From contig OX597818.1 of assembly GCA_951406725.2 (NCBI GenBank), positions 77,066,001-77,130,000 on the forward strand: DNA of 64,000 bases, in the 5' to 3' direction. This document shows positions 10,945 to 25,195 of this stretch, in pieces. This stretch comes from Octopus vulgaris. Taxonomy: Eukaryota. The notes under the pieces were generated by a model. The model made no database searches, was not told the origin of the DNA, and was given only the letters and a program-made list of their open reading frames with translations. A program made the translations under genes and the position numbers. The number at the start of each line of letters is the position of its first letter. Position 1 is the stretch's first letter.

Positions 10945-12575
10945 GAAGGTTGCAGGCCGACAGAATTATTAGCACTTTTAACCAAATGGTTGGTGGCATT
11001 TCTTCCAGTTCTTTACAACCTAGGTTCAAATTCCATCAAGGTTAATTTTGCATTAACTAGCCTCTTTCCACCAAAATTTCAAGCCTTATACCTATAGTAG
11101 AAAGATTCATCATCATCATCATCATGAGTGTGCTGGCTGCTTTTACATGGCACTGCAGGGGTGTTTTTACATGGGCACTTTTATGTAGCACCATCATGAG
11201 TGCTTTACAGAAGGATCAGTCTTAATACTTCTGTTGCAGCGTATGGGTCTTCTTGAGCACAGCAAAGTGCCAGGCATAGGTGGCAAGTTGGCAGAATTGT
11301 TAGCATGCTGAACAAAATGCTTAGTGATATTTCTTCTGAGTTCAAATGCTACCAAAGTCAACTTTACCTTTCATCCTTTTGGGGTCAATGAAGTAAATAC
11401 CTTTTGAAGACAGGGGCTGATATTGACTTACTCCTCCCACAAAATTTCACACCTTGTGCCTATAATAGAATTTTTATCATAAAGGTGGTGAACTAGCAGA
11501 ATCATTAGCATATTGTACAAAATACTTAGCAGCATCTCTTCTAACTCTTTACATTCTGGGTTCAAATCTCTCTCAAGACCAACTTTGCCTTTCATCTTTT
11601 TGGGACTGATAAAATAAAGTACTAGTCAAGTACTTGGTTTGATAAAACTGACTAATGTCCGTCTCCTTAAATTGCTGGCCTTGTTCCAAAATTTGAAACC
11701 ATTATTATCATCATCATTGTTGTTGTTGTTATGAAGGCAGCAAGCTGGCAGAATCATTAGCATTCCGAACAAAATGCTCAGTAGCTTTATGTTTCGAGTT
11801 CAGATACCAATGAGGCAAACTTTGCCTTTCATCCTTTCAAGGTCAATAAAATAATTACCACTTGACCACTGGAGTTGATGTAATCGGCTTCTCCATCTCT
11901 CAAAATTGTTGGCTTTGTGCCAAATTGAGAAGGAATTATTATTATTATAATAAAGGCGGCAAGCTGGTAGAATCGTTAGAATGCCAGGCAAAATATTCAG
12001 TGGCATTTCGTCCATCTTTACGTTCTGAGTTCAAAATCCACTAAGGTTGACTTTACCTTTCATCCTTTTGGGGTCAATACATTAAGTACTAGTCTATATA
12101 ATTGACTAGACTCATCCCCCCCAAATTTCAGGCCTTATGCCTTTAGTAGAAAGGATTATCATCATTAATATAAAGGTGGTGAGCTGGCAGAATCATCATC
12201 ACACCAGGCAAAATGCTTAGCGACATTTCATCCGTCTTAACATTCTGAGTTCAAATGCCTTTCACTTTGCCTTTCACCCTTTTGGGATTGATAAATTAAG
12301 GTACCAGTTGAGCACTGGGATCAATGTAATCAACTAGTCCCCAACCCCCAAATTTCAGGCCTTCTGCCTTTAGTAGAAAGGATTATTCTAAAGGTAATGA
12401 GCTGGCAGAATCATTAGTATGCCAGGCAAAATGCCTAGCAGAATCTCGTCTGTCTTTATGTTCTGAGTTCAAATGGTACTGAGGTTGGCTTTGCTTTTCA
12501 TCCTTTTGGGGTCAATTAATTGACTAGTCCCGCTCTCAAAATTTCAAGCCTTGTGCCTATAGTAGAAGGGATTGT
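10945..12575 (+). repeat. Head-to-tail array of ~7 tRNA-derived SINE family A copies
   Basis: Units start AAGG(C/T)GG..AGCTGGCAGAATC at ~10947, 11278, 11482, 11734, 11953, 12173, 12390. Core GACTTTGCCTTTCATCCTTT.GGGGTC.ATAAA..AAGTACCAG resembles the Meta-domain as I recall it. Units are separated by (ATT)/(ATC) runs. Confidence 0.85.
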
Positions 12576-13559
12576 TGTTGGATCACACAATCATTTTGTT
12601 CTGTCAGGTGTCAATCACAGGTCAACCCTGATTGAGCAGAATGTCTCTGATTGGTTATAGATATTCTATCAATGACCATCCTGTCTTTTTATAAACAGCT
12701 TATTTAAGACTGCATTCATTCAATACAATTTCTTTTTTAAAGGTGATAGTGTGATTTAAGAGAGACTTCACCATTTCTCAAAGGTCAAAGGACTATGTAG
12801 AACCTTCCTTTTGTCAGAGTTATTGTGGAATGGGTGACAGAAAGACACTTCTCATAAGATAAGATTTAGTCAAGGCTCTGTAATTTACTTTTACTAATAA
12901 ACTCCCAATTTAAAAGAATCTGTAATTGATTAGTATCCTCTCCAATACAAACCTTATCCAAATACGAACTTGTAAAATACAGACCATCGTTATGGCATTA
13001 AGTAAGGAGTGCATGGAGAGAAGGAACATGGCTTTGTGGTTAGACAAGTAAGGTCCTGATTCACAAGAACAAGAGTTTGATTCCCAGTATGGGAGGTGCT
13101 TTTTATCCTTGGACAAGCCACTTTGCTTGACATTGCTCCACTCCACTCAATGAGAAAAATGATGAGTGTTAAGTCTAACAGAGCATCTAGTCAACATCCA
13201 GTTTGTGCACACTGCTACCTTAATGAATCAGCGATAGGACCAAAAACCTTTTGGGCATGAAGTGAAAAGCATACAACAGTGGACTGTTATATCCTAACTT
13301 TGTCTGTGTGTTTTTTTAATTTAAAGTATACCATTTTAGAATTCTTTTTATTTAACATTATAACTGATGATTTATTTTTGTTTCCATTGCTTAAAGGAGG
13401 AAGGGCAATCCTCATAATCCTTTGTTGTGGTCATGCTGTTATGCAATCATTGATTTAAATGTGTGTGTGTTCATTTGTATCTTCTTGTTTTGACATTGTG
13501 TGACAGTTGTAAATGAATATTCCAGTCATACAAGCAGTGTCATTTCTTTTCAAAATAAA

Positions 13560-13870
13560 GGCATGTGGTATAGTAGTTAGGGTATTCCACTCACGATTGC
13601 AAAGTCATGAGTTCAAAAACTGGTGGCATGTTTGTCCTTGAGCAAGTCACTTTATTTCATGTACTCCAGTCCACTCAGCTGACAAACAGCAGTTGTACCT
13701 GTAATTCAAAAGGCCAACCTTGTCACATTCTGTGTCACACTGAATCTCAGGATTATGCTAAGAGTATGCATGTCTGTGGAGTACTCAGCCACTTGCATGT
13801 TAATTTCATGAGTGGGCTGTTTTGTTGATCGGTTTGATTGGAACCCTCATCATTGCAACCGATGGAGTGC
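13560..13870 (+). mobile_element. tRNA-derived SINE family C
   Basis: Body CTCCAGTCCACTCAGCTG...CCTTGTCACATTC...TGTGGAGT.CTCAGCCA.TTGCATGTTAATTTC shared with 33280-34275 and 41660-41950. Confidence 0.75.
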
Positions 13871-15477
13871 CAGTTCCATTCTTTTACAATATTTTGCCAG
13901 AACATGTCTGGCCTTGAAGAAATATTACCTTGTTTAGAAACAGGTGAGATTGATGACTGGAAGGGCACAAAGCTGTAAAAAATCTGCCTCAACAAATCAC
14001 GAGTGACCAGGCAAGCAGTGTGTGTATGTATTTGTGTACACTTCCTTGTCTTGACATCACTGTCACAATGCTTAGAAACAGATGAAGGTTGGTGACAAGA
14101 AATCTGCCTTAGCAAATTCTGTTTGACAATGCAAGCATGGAAAATTGGGCATTAAACTGAAGATGGTGATGACCCAGACTGTTTGTACAGTTTTTTGTAA
14201 ATTCACATATATCCAACAATTAACCCAGGTGGGTGTATCATTGTGATTCTTTCAGTTATAGACTTTTCATAGTGGTAGCCCAGAATTGCTGCTTACCAAT
14301 AGTTCTATGGGTGTGGATGTTAAGGAGAGTAACATTTGTTAGTCAAATAAATAACTTTCAAATAGTGCTGGCATCATCTTCATCATATAAATAAACAAGC
14401 AGACAGTTGATAGCCACAACAACAGCAATATGTTGATGCATCTCATACAGTAAGATGTTGTTGTTTGTAGAAGTGAATTAATTCAAAATTATGATAGGTT
14501 CAGGCATGGCTATGCAATTAAGAAGTTCTCTTCTTAACTACACAACTTCAGGTTCAGTTCCACTAAGTGACACCTTGGGAAAATATTTTCTATTTTACCC
14601 TTTGGCCTAATAATCTAATACTGGCTGCCGAGGAAATTTCATAGATGGAAACTAAAAGCATCTTATCACATGTATTTGTGTCTCTTTGTCCTGATATTAC
14701 ATGAGTGTTGTGTCACCATCATACAAGCAAGTTTCATTCATTTCCAATCTCTCCTGAAAAAACAAGCCTGACAATTGGGGGAATATTACCTTGCATAGAA
14801 ACAGGTGAAGGTTGTTGACAGGAATGACACTCAGCTTTAGAAAAATTTACCTCAATGAAATTCCGCCCGACCCATACATGATGATGATCATCATCGTCAT
14901 TATTTTATCAACAATGATGATGATGGTGGTGTGTTTGTGTGTGCATGTGTATGTCTGAATGTTTACAATCTGTGGTGAGCTATGCTACGGATAGTGTTAT
15001 CTTATCTTTGATTGGGCTGCAAATGGTGACATTTGTTTATATTTCCTGTCAACAAAGTGTACTCCAGCTCTGCACTTGGAAATTTTTCTGTAGTTAAAAA
15101 TCCTTACTCACAAACACAAGTATGAGTTGGTGACTGAACAAGCATCTAGTTTTTAAAATCCTGCCTCATGTTCCTTAATGTACCTTGCTAGTATGGAAAT
15201 CAAATAAATGAACAGAGCAGATGACTTTGTTTATTTCTCTTCTACATAGTGACATTTCTTTCTTATTAACTAAGCTATAATTTACTGCAATTCTCTGTCA
15301 TAAGAGTTATGTTTTTATTAAAGGAAACAACTGTAATAATATTCACCTACCATGTTCCAAACATTCTTGTAAATGTGCTAATTTATAGACCTATCTAACC
15401 TGGGGCCAGTAAAAGGTTAAAAGAAGCTTGGTGTAATATATGATAATATAGTTTATTAAGATAAGACACACTTGTGA

Positions 15478-15786
<309 letters not shown>

Positions 15787-16092
15787 TGACATAGTGATTG
15801 GAATCTTGCACCCAGCAATCTGTGTGGTTCATATCAGCCATAGATCAGTTAATGTACTGAAGCTGCTGTAGAGGTACAAGTACGTTTTTTTAAATATTTT
15901 GTTTGATATTTTTGTCAGCACCATACCTGTGCTGGTGCCATGCCCATGCTGGTGCCATGCTTGTGCTGGCACCACATTAAAAACATCCAGCTGTAGAAAA
16001 CAAGCCAAATTAGACTGGAACCTGGTACAGCTCTGGTCAAACTGTCCAACCCATATGCAGACATTAAAGGAGGCGGAGGGTTTTACCTTTAA

Positions 16093-16310
16093 TCTTTTTA
16101 ATACCAGTCTTCCTGAGACTGCCCTTGGTTCTATGATAGAAACTTCCTGTATTAAGCTGATCTAAATATAAGCCAACTATCACAATTTCATGTTAATTTA
16201 TGTTCAAAACATCAGTTTAATAATTAGTTATTTCATTAAATTCTTAATTATTTTGAAAGCTAATTAAAACAGAGACAGTGTATTTCAGCAGAAATAATGA
16301 AACAAAAGGA
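16093..16310. mobile_element. piggyBac-related MITE
   Basis: TTAA at 16089-16092 and 16311-16314; homologous to 62595-62819. Confidence 0.7.
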
Positions 16311-16339
16311 TTAAACATTGCATGACACTCGGTCTACAT

Positions 16340-16817
16340 ATTCTGTAACTCACCTAAGACTGCTCCGTGGTTTTTATGACACAAATTTTCTGTTTTTAAA
16401 GTGATCTACATTAAAACATCAGAATTTCAAGTTAATTTATGTTCTAAACACCAGCTTAATAATGGGTTCAAATTTTGGCACAATGTTAGCAAGTTCAAGA
16501 GATGTGGTAAGTCAGTTACATGGACCTCGGTGTTCAACTAGTACTTATTTTATCAACCCTGAAAGGATGAAAGGCAAAGTTGACCTTGGCAGAATTTGAA
16601 CTCAGATCACAAAGACAGATGGAATGCCATTAAGCATTTACTTGGCATGCTAGCAATTCTGTCAGCTTACCACTTTATAAACACCAGCTTAATAATGACA
16701 GTTATTTTACTAAATTCTTCATTTTTACCAAAATTCATTGAAACCATTTTTTACCAAAAATAATTGAAACAAATGTATTACTGTATTTCAACAGAAATAT
16801 TGTAACAAAAGGGTTAA
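16340..16817. mobile_element. Second piggyBac-related MITE interrupted by a minus-strand SINE A (16465-16677)
   Basis: Ends GTAACAAAAGGG|TTAA; the SINE is flanked by a 20-bp duplication TAAACACCAGCTTAATAATG. Confidence 0.75.
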
Positions 16818-16989
16818 ATATACTTCCTAAGTGACCAGATGATAGTGGAAGTTTTAGTAACTCAACAAAACAAATGTGTTACTTTAACTCTGCTTCAAAA
16901 GATACCAATAATGAAAAATGATATTTAGAGAGCGGTACATGAGTGTACTACAGGATGATTATTTAAATTATTATTACAGCTGCTATTGT

Positions 16990-17575
16990 GCATTTTGTTT
17001 GTTTTTACATTCAGAGTGTAAATGGTGCCATGGTTGACTTTGCCTTTCATCCTTTTGGGGTCGATGTAGTTGACTAGCCTCCTTCCTGCAAAATTGTTCC
17101 GATGGTAGAAAAAATTGTTGTTGTTATAGAAGTTGGTGAGCTGACTGAACCATTGGCACTCCGAACAAAATGCTTAGTGGCATTTCGTGTCTTTATGTTC
17201 TGAGTTCAAATACAACCAAGGTTGACTTTGTCTTTCATCCCTTTCAGGGGTCAATAAAAAAAGTACCAATTGAGTACTGGGGTTGATGTAATCAACTTGC
17301 CGCCACTCCCAAAATTTCAGACCTTGTGCCTTGTACAGAAAGGATTATTGTTGTTATTATTGCAGTGTGCTGGCAGAATTGTTAGCACCTGGGTAACATG
17401 TGTAGTGGGATTTTGACCATCTTTATGTTTTGGGTTCAAATGTCACCAGGGTCAACTTTGACATGCATCCTTTTGGGGTTGATAAAATAAGTACTAGTCG
17501 AACACTGTGGTTGATGTAATCAACTTACCTCCTCCCCTGAAATTGCTGGCCTTGTGTCAAAATTTGAAATCATTG
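16990..17575 (+). repeat. Tandem array of ~3 SINE A copies ending in (TTA)n
   Basis: Repeated GACTTTG.CTTTCATCC core at ~17036, ~17224, ~17455. Confidence 0.8.
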
Positions 17576-17577
17576 TG

Positions 17578-17614
<37 letters not shown>

Positions 17615-19419
17615 TTAGCTTATAAGCAAAGATTTTCTATATAAATACTTGTCTTTTGAACTTACAGACTACAGTTTCAATCTGAAAGTGTATGTCGTCC
17701 CAGATAATCTCATAATCTAGTATTTTGTTAACAATGATGTTTATTGTTTAATCAAGAAATGTTTGAACAGTTATTGATTTATTGTGTTAGATTCTGCACA
17801 TAACAGTAACTTTCAATGCACTTCTGTCTAACTTGTTCATTGATCTCTCTGGTATCTCAGTATCTTAATAAAGAAGTAATTAGTCATTTATACATGTCAT
17901 CGTTATCGTCATCATTACCATTCCTTCAACATTTACATCTCCATTCTTGCATTCAACAGTTAGATGCTGGAGTTGCCAGCCAATCCTCACTTATTTCCAA
18001 GTGAGGTAATATTTCCCCTGTGTTTGAACACACTTCCACAAAAAATTAGAAAGGAATAGTATCGTTATGTATGACAGTGACAATTAAAGCTATTGCAAGA
18101 TCAAGACAAAGCAGTATGTACAGACACACATACAACTCATTGATCAATAATGATCTGGCTCATCCATTGAGGAAATGGGAGGAAGTGTTAAGGAAAGGCA
18201 TCAGCAATAGAACCATTCAAAAAGAGAATTGGAGTATGATCCAGTCCTAAGACCATCAGATCCTCACACTGTCCAACCCATGCCACCATGTAAGTTGGAC
18301 ATTGAAATATGAAGATGTTTATATATAAACATGCAGGTTTCTTTCAGTTTTCATGTTTCAGCCTTAAATGAATATCATCATCTTCATTATTTAATGTTTG
18401 TTTTCAATGCTGGCATCAGCTGAATGGTTGGACAGAATCTGGTACGGCCAGGAGCTGCACCAGGTACCATTGTCTGTTTTGGCATAGTTTCTAGGTCTGG
18501 ATGCCCTTCCTAATACTAATCACTTTAGAGTGTGGTGTACTACGTGCTTTTTACTTGGCACCTGCACTGACAGGGTCAACAAGTACCTTGCAAGACAAAA
18601 TCTCTCGCAGCTGGGAGGGTGGAGTAATTTTGAGGTGGCTTTGTACCAGTTGATGGAGATTAGAGGTATAGATGGACAGGGATAGGCGTCTTGCTGTAGA
18701 TTAGATACATGAATACTCCAGTTGAAAAAGAAAGGAGGGTGAGTTAGAGAGCAAGATAAAGAGAGCAATAATGAGAGATGGTGGGAACGATGTGTTGGGA
18801 CATGCCCTCAAGGGATATTAGTTGGGTGGGTAGGATGGAGGGCAACGTCATCATTTAATGTCTATTTTCTATGCTAGCATGGGTTGGACAGTTTGACAGG
18901 AGCTGGAGAGCTGTTCAGGCTCTAATTGTCTGTTTTGGCATGGTTTTCTCTCAGCTGGATGCTCTTCCTAATACCAACTTCTTTACTGAATGTGCTGGGT
19001 GCTTTTTATGTACTGGGGCTTGTGATAGGTATGTGAAGACATTGAAGGTGATAGCAGATAAGTGAGGTGTTAATGATGGAGAATAGCACACAGGAGAGAA
19101 GGCAAAGGAAAGAGCTGATTTGTGGAGATAGTAGGCAGAGAAGATAATGGAAAATAGAAGTGGTTTGGGGTAGGGGAGAAGGTAACTGAGAAAGCATGAG
19201 GATGTAGTATGTGCCTATTCTGCTCTCAGGTTTTAGAAAAGTGATGGGTGTTAGGGATGAAAGATGCAGAGAAGTGGTTGGTGGGACTGAGAGGATGCAG
19301 GTGGTCATGGGGCAAAGCCCCACAGAGACAAGCATTAACCACGGTGGTTTAGGATATCAATTCCACTGTGGTGGATGGGCTTTCTTGAGTACATCAAGGT
19401 GCCAGATTTCTTGATCCTT

Positions 19420-19670
19420 CGTAAGGTTCAGTGTATTGAGATCAACCTTCAGTACTTCATCCCATGTCTTCCTATGTCTCTCTCTCTCTCTCTCTTCCAC
19501 GAGTTCCATCCACTTCAAATGATTAGCATTTCTTTCTAAAACTGTTCACATTCATACACACCACATGACCAAACCAACACAATCTTCTCTCTTGCACACT
19601 GCATCTAATTCCTCTTATGCCTAACTTTTCTCTCACTAGTGCTCTGTCGCACATCTACACTGACACTGCA
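19420..19670 (-). mobile_element. RTE LINE ORF C-terminal fragment
   Basis: Minus strand reads about EKLGIRGIRCSVQERRLCWFGHVV, the RTE C-terminal RL.WFGHV motif. Confidence 0.7.
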
Positions 19671-20438
19671 CAACAAACATGATGACATAAGGAGACAAAC
19701 AAAACTATTTCCTTTCTCTTTGTAATGTTTTTTTTTTTTTTTTTTTCAATATAAAAAATGAAGGTAAAAGAAATGAAATGAAATAACAATCATAGAACTT
19801 AGTGATAACAATAACTTAAAAAATACAAGAATCAGGGAATCCTCATCATTTATTGTCTATTTTCTCAAGCTGCTATGGGTTGGACAGTTAAATAGGAATG
19901 AAGTGTTAATTAATCTTTTAAGATGATTATTATGTTTGTTAAATAGGAAAACTGCACAGAGATGCAAGTATGGCTGAGTGGTAAGAAGCTTGCTTCCCAA
20001 CCACATGATTCCAAGTTCAGCACCACTGCATGACACTTTAGTCAAGTGTTTTCTACTATAGCCTCAGGCTGACCAAAGCCTTGTGAGTGAATTTGGCAGA
20101 TGGAAACTGAAAGAAGCCTGTTGTGTGTGTATGTCTCTCTGTCTGTGGTGTGTTAACATCCCTGTAACTTAGCAGTTCAGCAAAAGTATCCATAGAATAA
20201 GTACCAGGCTTTAAAAAAAAAATTACTGAGGTCAATTCACTACATGGCCGCAGTCTGAAGACTGAAACAAATAAAAGATAAATATATTTCTATCATACTA
20301 CACGATTGCTGTACTTCTTTAGTAAGACAGAAATAGCCATTATTTGTATTTCTAAGAGGAAATTTTTTTTTATGACTTTAAAACCTGAATATTTGCCATG
20401 TGATTTCCTGATTTTGTTTTGTTTTTTCATCTTTGCAG

Positions 20439-20569
20439 TGAAAGGGGTCAATTTCTATGGTCCTAAAAGTGAATACATTGTAAGCGGTAGTGATTGCGGA
20501 CATATTTTCCTTTGGGATAAACAAACTGAATCTGTTGTTCAGTTTATGAAAGGAGATGATGGTGGTGTG
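20439..20569 (+). CDS. DCAF8: DCAF8 exon (WD40 repeat)
   Basis: ttgcag|TG...GTG|gtaagt; [44 protein letters not shown]. Confidence 0.96.
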
Positions 20570-20844
20570 GTAAGTTTCTTTCTACAGCTTTTAAAACCAG
20601 TGTTGGAGGACTTGTTCAGTTTTTAATTAAGGGTGAGAGAGAAAACCTGCTTGTTTCTGAAAGTAACTGAGACTGCTGTTGATTGAGGATCAGTCAATTA
20701 TTATTATTGGTTCTGGATCAGTTGAGTGTGTTGAGATCAATTGAGACTGCAGCCATGCTGGGGTACTGCCTTGAAGAATTTTTAGTCAAGTGAATCAGCT
20801 TTTGTACTTAAATTTCTTGCTAGGCCTGTGTATATATATTAATA

Positions 20845-21211
20845 TCTATTATATAAAATCCATTCTGTCTGTCTGTGTGTGTGTCTTCTAGGATCTTGGG
20901 CATCCTCCATCCGATTGCGCTCAAATTTGATATGTAGATACTGACGGTATCAGGGCATGTATAAGTTTTGAAAAAAATTACAAAAATCGATTCCAGGTGA
21001 GAATGTGATCGATAAAGTGAATAAAATCGTTTTTCTTTGGAATAGAAAAAGTCTACCTTTATTTCTTCTTTTGCTGGTGTCTCAAATTTAGGTTAAATCA
21101 GTGTTTCTCAAAGGGGAGACCTATGGGACGATCTGACAAGTTATTTTGAGAAATTTGGTTTAAATGTTTGACAACTCAACACCATCCATTGGACAGGGGA
21201 CGTTTTGCTCG
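20845..21211 (+). mobile_element. Non-autonomous Helitron-like element
   Basis: A|TCTATTATATAAAA 5' end followed by (TCTG)n; 3' end GCTCG|T (CTAG variant); no TSD, A-T insertion site. Confidence 0.5.
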
Positions 21212-22710
21212 TATCTATATCTATATATATATATATATAGAGTGTGTGTGTGTATGTATGTATATATATATATATATATATATATCTTTTTCATTTTCAT
21301 CTTCTTGCTTGTTTCAGTCTCTAGACTGTGGCCATGCTGGGACACCATCTTGAAGAACTTTTAGCCAAATGAATCAATCCAAGCATTTATTATTTTTAGG
21401 CCTGGTACTTATTATACTGGTCTCTTTTGCCAAACTGCTAAGTTGCAGAAATGTAAGCACACCAACACTAGTTATCAAGGAGTGGTGGAGGACAAAAACA
21501 CACACGCACACACATATACATATATATGTGTGTGAGTGGATTTTTCCAGTCTCCATCTACCAAATCCACTCACAAGGCTTTGGTTGACCCAAGGCTATAG
21601 TAGAAGGTACTTGCTCAAGGTGCCATGCAGTGGGACTGAACCCAGAACCATGTGGTTGGGAAGCAAGCTTCTTATCACATGGCCACATTTATTATTTTTT
21701 TTTTATTGTTGATTGAGTTGGGTACAAGAGGAATTTGATGCAGTATGCAAGAAAAAGATTGTGCTGGTTTGGTATTGTGGCGTGTATGAGTGTGAACTGT
21801 TACATAAAGAAGTCCTGATCAACAATGAAGAATGAGAATTGCTGGTCATTGCATTAGGCACCCAGAGAAACCAGAGAGTTAACTGGTCTTATTGGTAGTT
21901 AGTTGAAGGAAGAATCAACAGGGGAAGAAATCATCTAACCTATGTGAATAACTTCAGGACAGTGGAATGGCAAATGTTGATGGATTACTGACATGCATAG
22001 GGGACTGTGATGGACAGCAAGTTTGTGTGAAATCATTGAAGCTTCTGGGAGGATGGTCAAACTAAAACTAACTGTATTGTTGATTCTAAATCAATGATAA
22101 TGATGATATAGCTATTGCCTTTGTCAGTTGTATATATATATATCTTACCAGTAGAACAACGTTTATTGACTTGGTCAACTCTGTATGTGTTTGACTAGTA
22201 GACCATCATATGACTTGGTCAATGGAAGCTGTAGTGATTTTAGGTGCAGGCATGGCTGCATGGTAAGAAGCTCACTTCCTAACCACATTTGTGGCACCTT
22301 GGGCAAGTGTTGTCCACTATAGCCTTAGGCCAACTAAAGCCTTGTGAATGAATTTAGTAGACAGAAACTGAGAGAAGCCTGTTGTATATATATGTGTGTT
22401 TGTTCCCCACCACCGGTTGACAACTGGTGTTGGTGTGTTTACATCTCCATAATTTGGCAGTTTTGGCAGATGAGATCAATAGGATAAGTACTAGGTTTTT
22501 AAAAATAAAAGTATTTGATTTGATTCATTTGACTAAAAATTCTTCAAGGCAATGCCCCAGCATGGCTGTAGTCTAATGACTGAAACAAGTAAAAAGATAA
22601 AAGATAGTGAGTATTATTGAATTCCACTGAGGTTGTAATAGATCAATAGGTTAACGAAAAGAAATGCAGATCATAGTTTCAAGGGTTTTGTTATCCTCTT
22701 GTCTTTGTAG

Positions 22711-22881
<171 letters not shown>

Positions 22882-22907
22882 TAACTGTCTATTTGTTTGT
22901 CTATCTG

Positions 22908-22954
<47 letters not shown>

Positions 22955-24942
22955 GACATAGTGTAGATGGAGTCACATGGTAGTGCCATGGGTACAAAAT
23001 TTCTTCAGAAAAAATAGTAATAAATAAATAAAAAATAGCATGCCTTCCCTACAAATATTGCTTTGCCCCAGCTTCTGGTACTCCATGCTATACCACTGCT
23101 TTCTCTCTCCTCCTTCTCCCCCTCTTCTTCCTACTACTACAGTAGCTCCTATTCCTCTGATGTGGCAGGCTGTGTTCAAACTGTCCAAGCATATACAATA
23201 CACATATTCCTCACCTATTTTGAGTTCTATCTCACTGTGAGATACCTTGAGACAAGTGTCTTATGCTGTAGTCTGAGGCCAACCTAATTCTTTGTGAGTG
23301 GAATTGCTAGACAGAACTATATGCAAGTTTGTTATCGTGTGTATGTGTGTGCATGCATGTTGATATTCCATGACTTTGCTTGTCACCATATGAGCAAAGT
23401 AATGATGCTGTGATGTTTGCTTCCCTTGTTGACATTAAACCAGTTCTGTGCTTTCAAAGACCAGTGGAATAAAATAAATGGCCCTTATTGGTGAAATTGA
23501 TGAGGATTGGTGAGGGGACAAGCATTTGGTTTTAAAACGCTGCAATTGAATGTTTCTTCAGCTCATGGTAGGACAGATATGAAATGAACAAACACTAGCT
23601 GTACTCATTATCTTCTGATTTGTCCACTGGATAGAATATTTTCAGTTATTGCAACACTTACATCATCATAACATCCGTTTTTCTATACTTTCATGGGTTG
23701 GCAGATGGAATTTTGTTGAGGCATATTTTCTATGCTGGATGCCCTTCCTGTTGCCAACCCTCACCTGTTTCCAGGCAAGGTAATATTTTCCTATGACCTA
23801 ACATAGAAGATTGGAAACAAAGGACACTGCTTGCATGATGGTGAAACTTGTTTACAGCAATCACACAGTGTCATGGCAAGGAAACAGTAACACACACATG
23901 CATGTGCACTCATATACACACACACTAGGCTTCTGGGCTTTCAGTTTCTGTCTACTGAATCCACCCACAAGGTTTTGGTCGGGCCAGGGTTAAAGCAAAA
24001 GACACTTTCCCAAGGTGACATGCAGTGGTACTGAACTTGAAACCATGTAGTTAGGAAGCAAGCTTCTTACACCCACACTTGTATCTATTAATTTTCTATT
24101 TATCTTTTGCTGTTTTTTTTTCTAACCATCCAAACCAGTTCTTCATTCTTTCATTATGTCAACTCCCATATCATCATCATCATCATTTAACATCCATTTT
24201 CCATGCTGGTATTGGTTGGACGGTTTGGTAGGAGCTGGCCAGCTGAAGAGTTGCTTGGAGTCCATTCTGTTTTGGCTTGGTTTCTACTGCTGAATGCTTT
24301 TACACAGCATAGGCATGGATACTTTTACATAACACAGGCACAGGTGCTTTTATGCAGCACAGGCATCGGTGCTTTGTATGTGGCACCAGCACCCATATCA
24401 TCATCATTATCATCATCATCATCAGGTTGGGAGCTACACCAGGTTTGATTTGGCATGGTTTCTACAGCTGGATGCCCTTCCTAATGCCAACCACTCCATG
24501 AGTGTAGTGGGTGCTTTTTACGTGCCACTTGCATGGGTGCCAGTTATGAAAGACTGACATTGGCCGTGACTATGATCTCACTTGACTTGACATGTCTTCT
24601 CAAGCACAGTATATTGCCAAAGGTCTCTATCACTTGTCACTGCCTCCATGGGGTCCAAAGTTTGAAGGATGTTTTTTACCTGGCACCAACACAAGTGCCA
24701 GGTATGCAATACTGGCATTGGTCACAACTATGATTTCACTTGGCTTGACAGGTCTTCTCAAAGACAGGATATTGCCCAACATTTGAAAGGTGCTTTTTAC
24801 ATCCCAGCAGCACAAGTGTCAATTACACAACACTGGCATTGGTCACAACTGTGAATTCAATTGGCTTGATGGGTCTTCTCAAGCACAACATATCGCCAAA
24901 GGTCTTGATCACTAGTCAATATATACATGTACACACACACAC

Positions 24943-24973
<31 letters not shown>

Positions 24974-25000
24974 CATGAACTAACTGTTACTTTCTCAGAT

Positions 25001-25195
25001 GCAGCATGGAATTTTTTAATTGAATTTTTTCAGGTCGCAGTCTCAAAGCGACGAAAATATTTTGGCAAATATTGAAGTGAATCTAACGGTTTTTGTGTTT
25101 CTTAAATGGCTTATAAACACCTTCCATGCTGCAACTGTTTTCGTTCCAGCACACGATCTAAGATCAAGTCACTTGCTATGCAAGTACATCTCCAC
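25001..25195 (+). mobile_element. Single-arm copy of the 3151-3493 element with a disrupted ribozyme core
   Basis: CAGGTCGCAGTCTCAAAGCGACGAAAATATTTTGGCAAA...GTACATCTCC matches the long arm; GTCAGTGAA is replaced by T-rich sequence. Confidence 0.85.

Noticed and set aside
10945-12575. Regularly spaced repeats superficially like a CRISPR array
   Set aside because: Units are ~200-bp diverged SINEs in eukaryotic DNA, with no unique spacers or cas genes.
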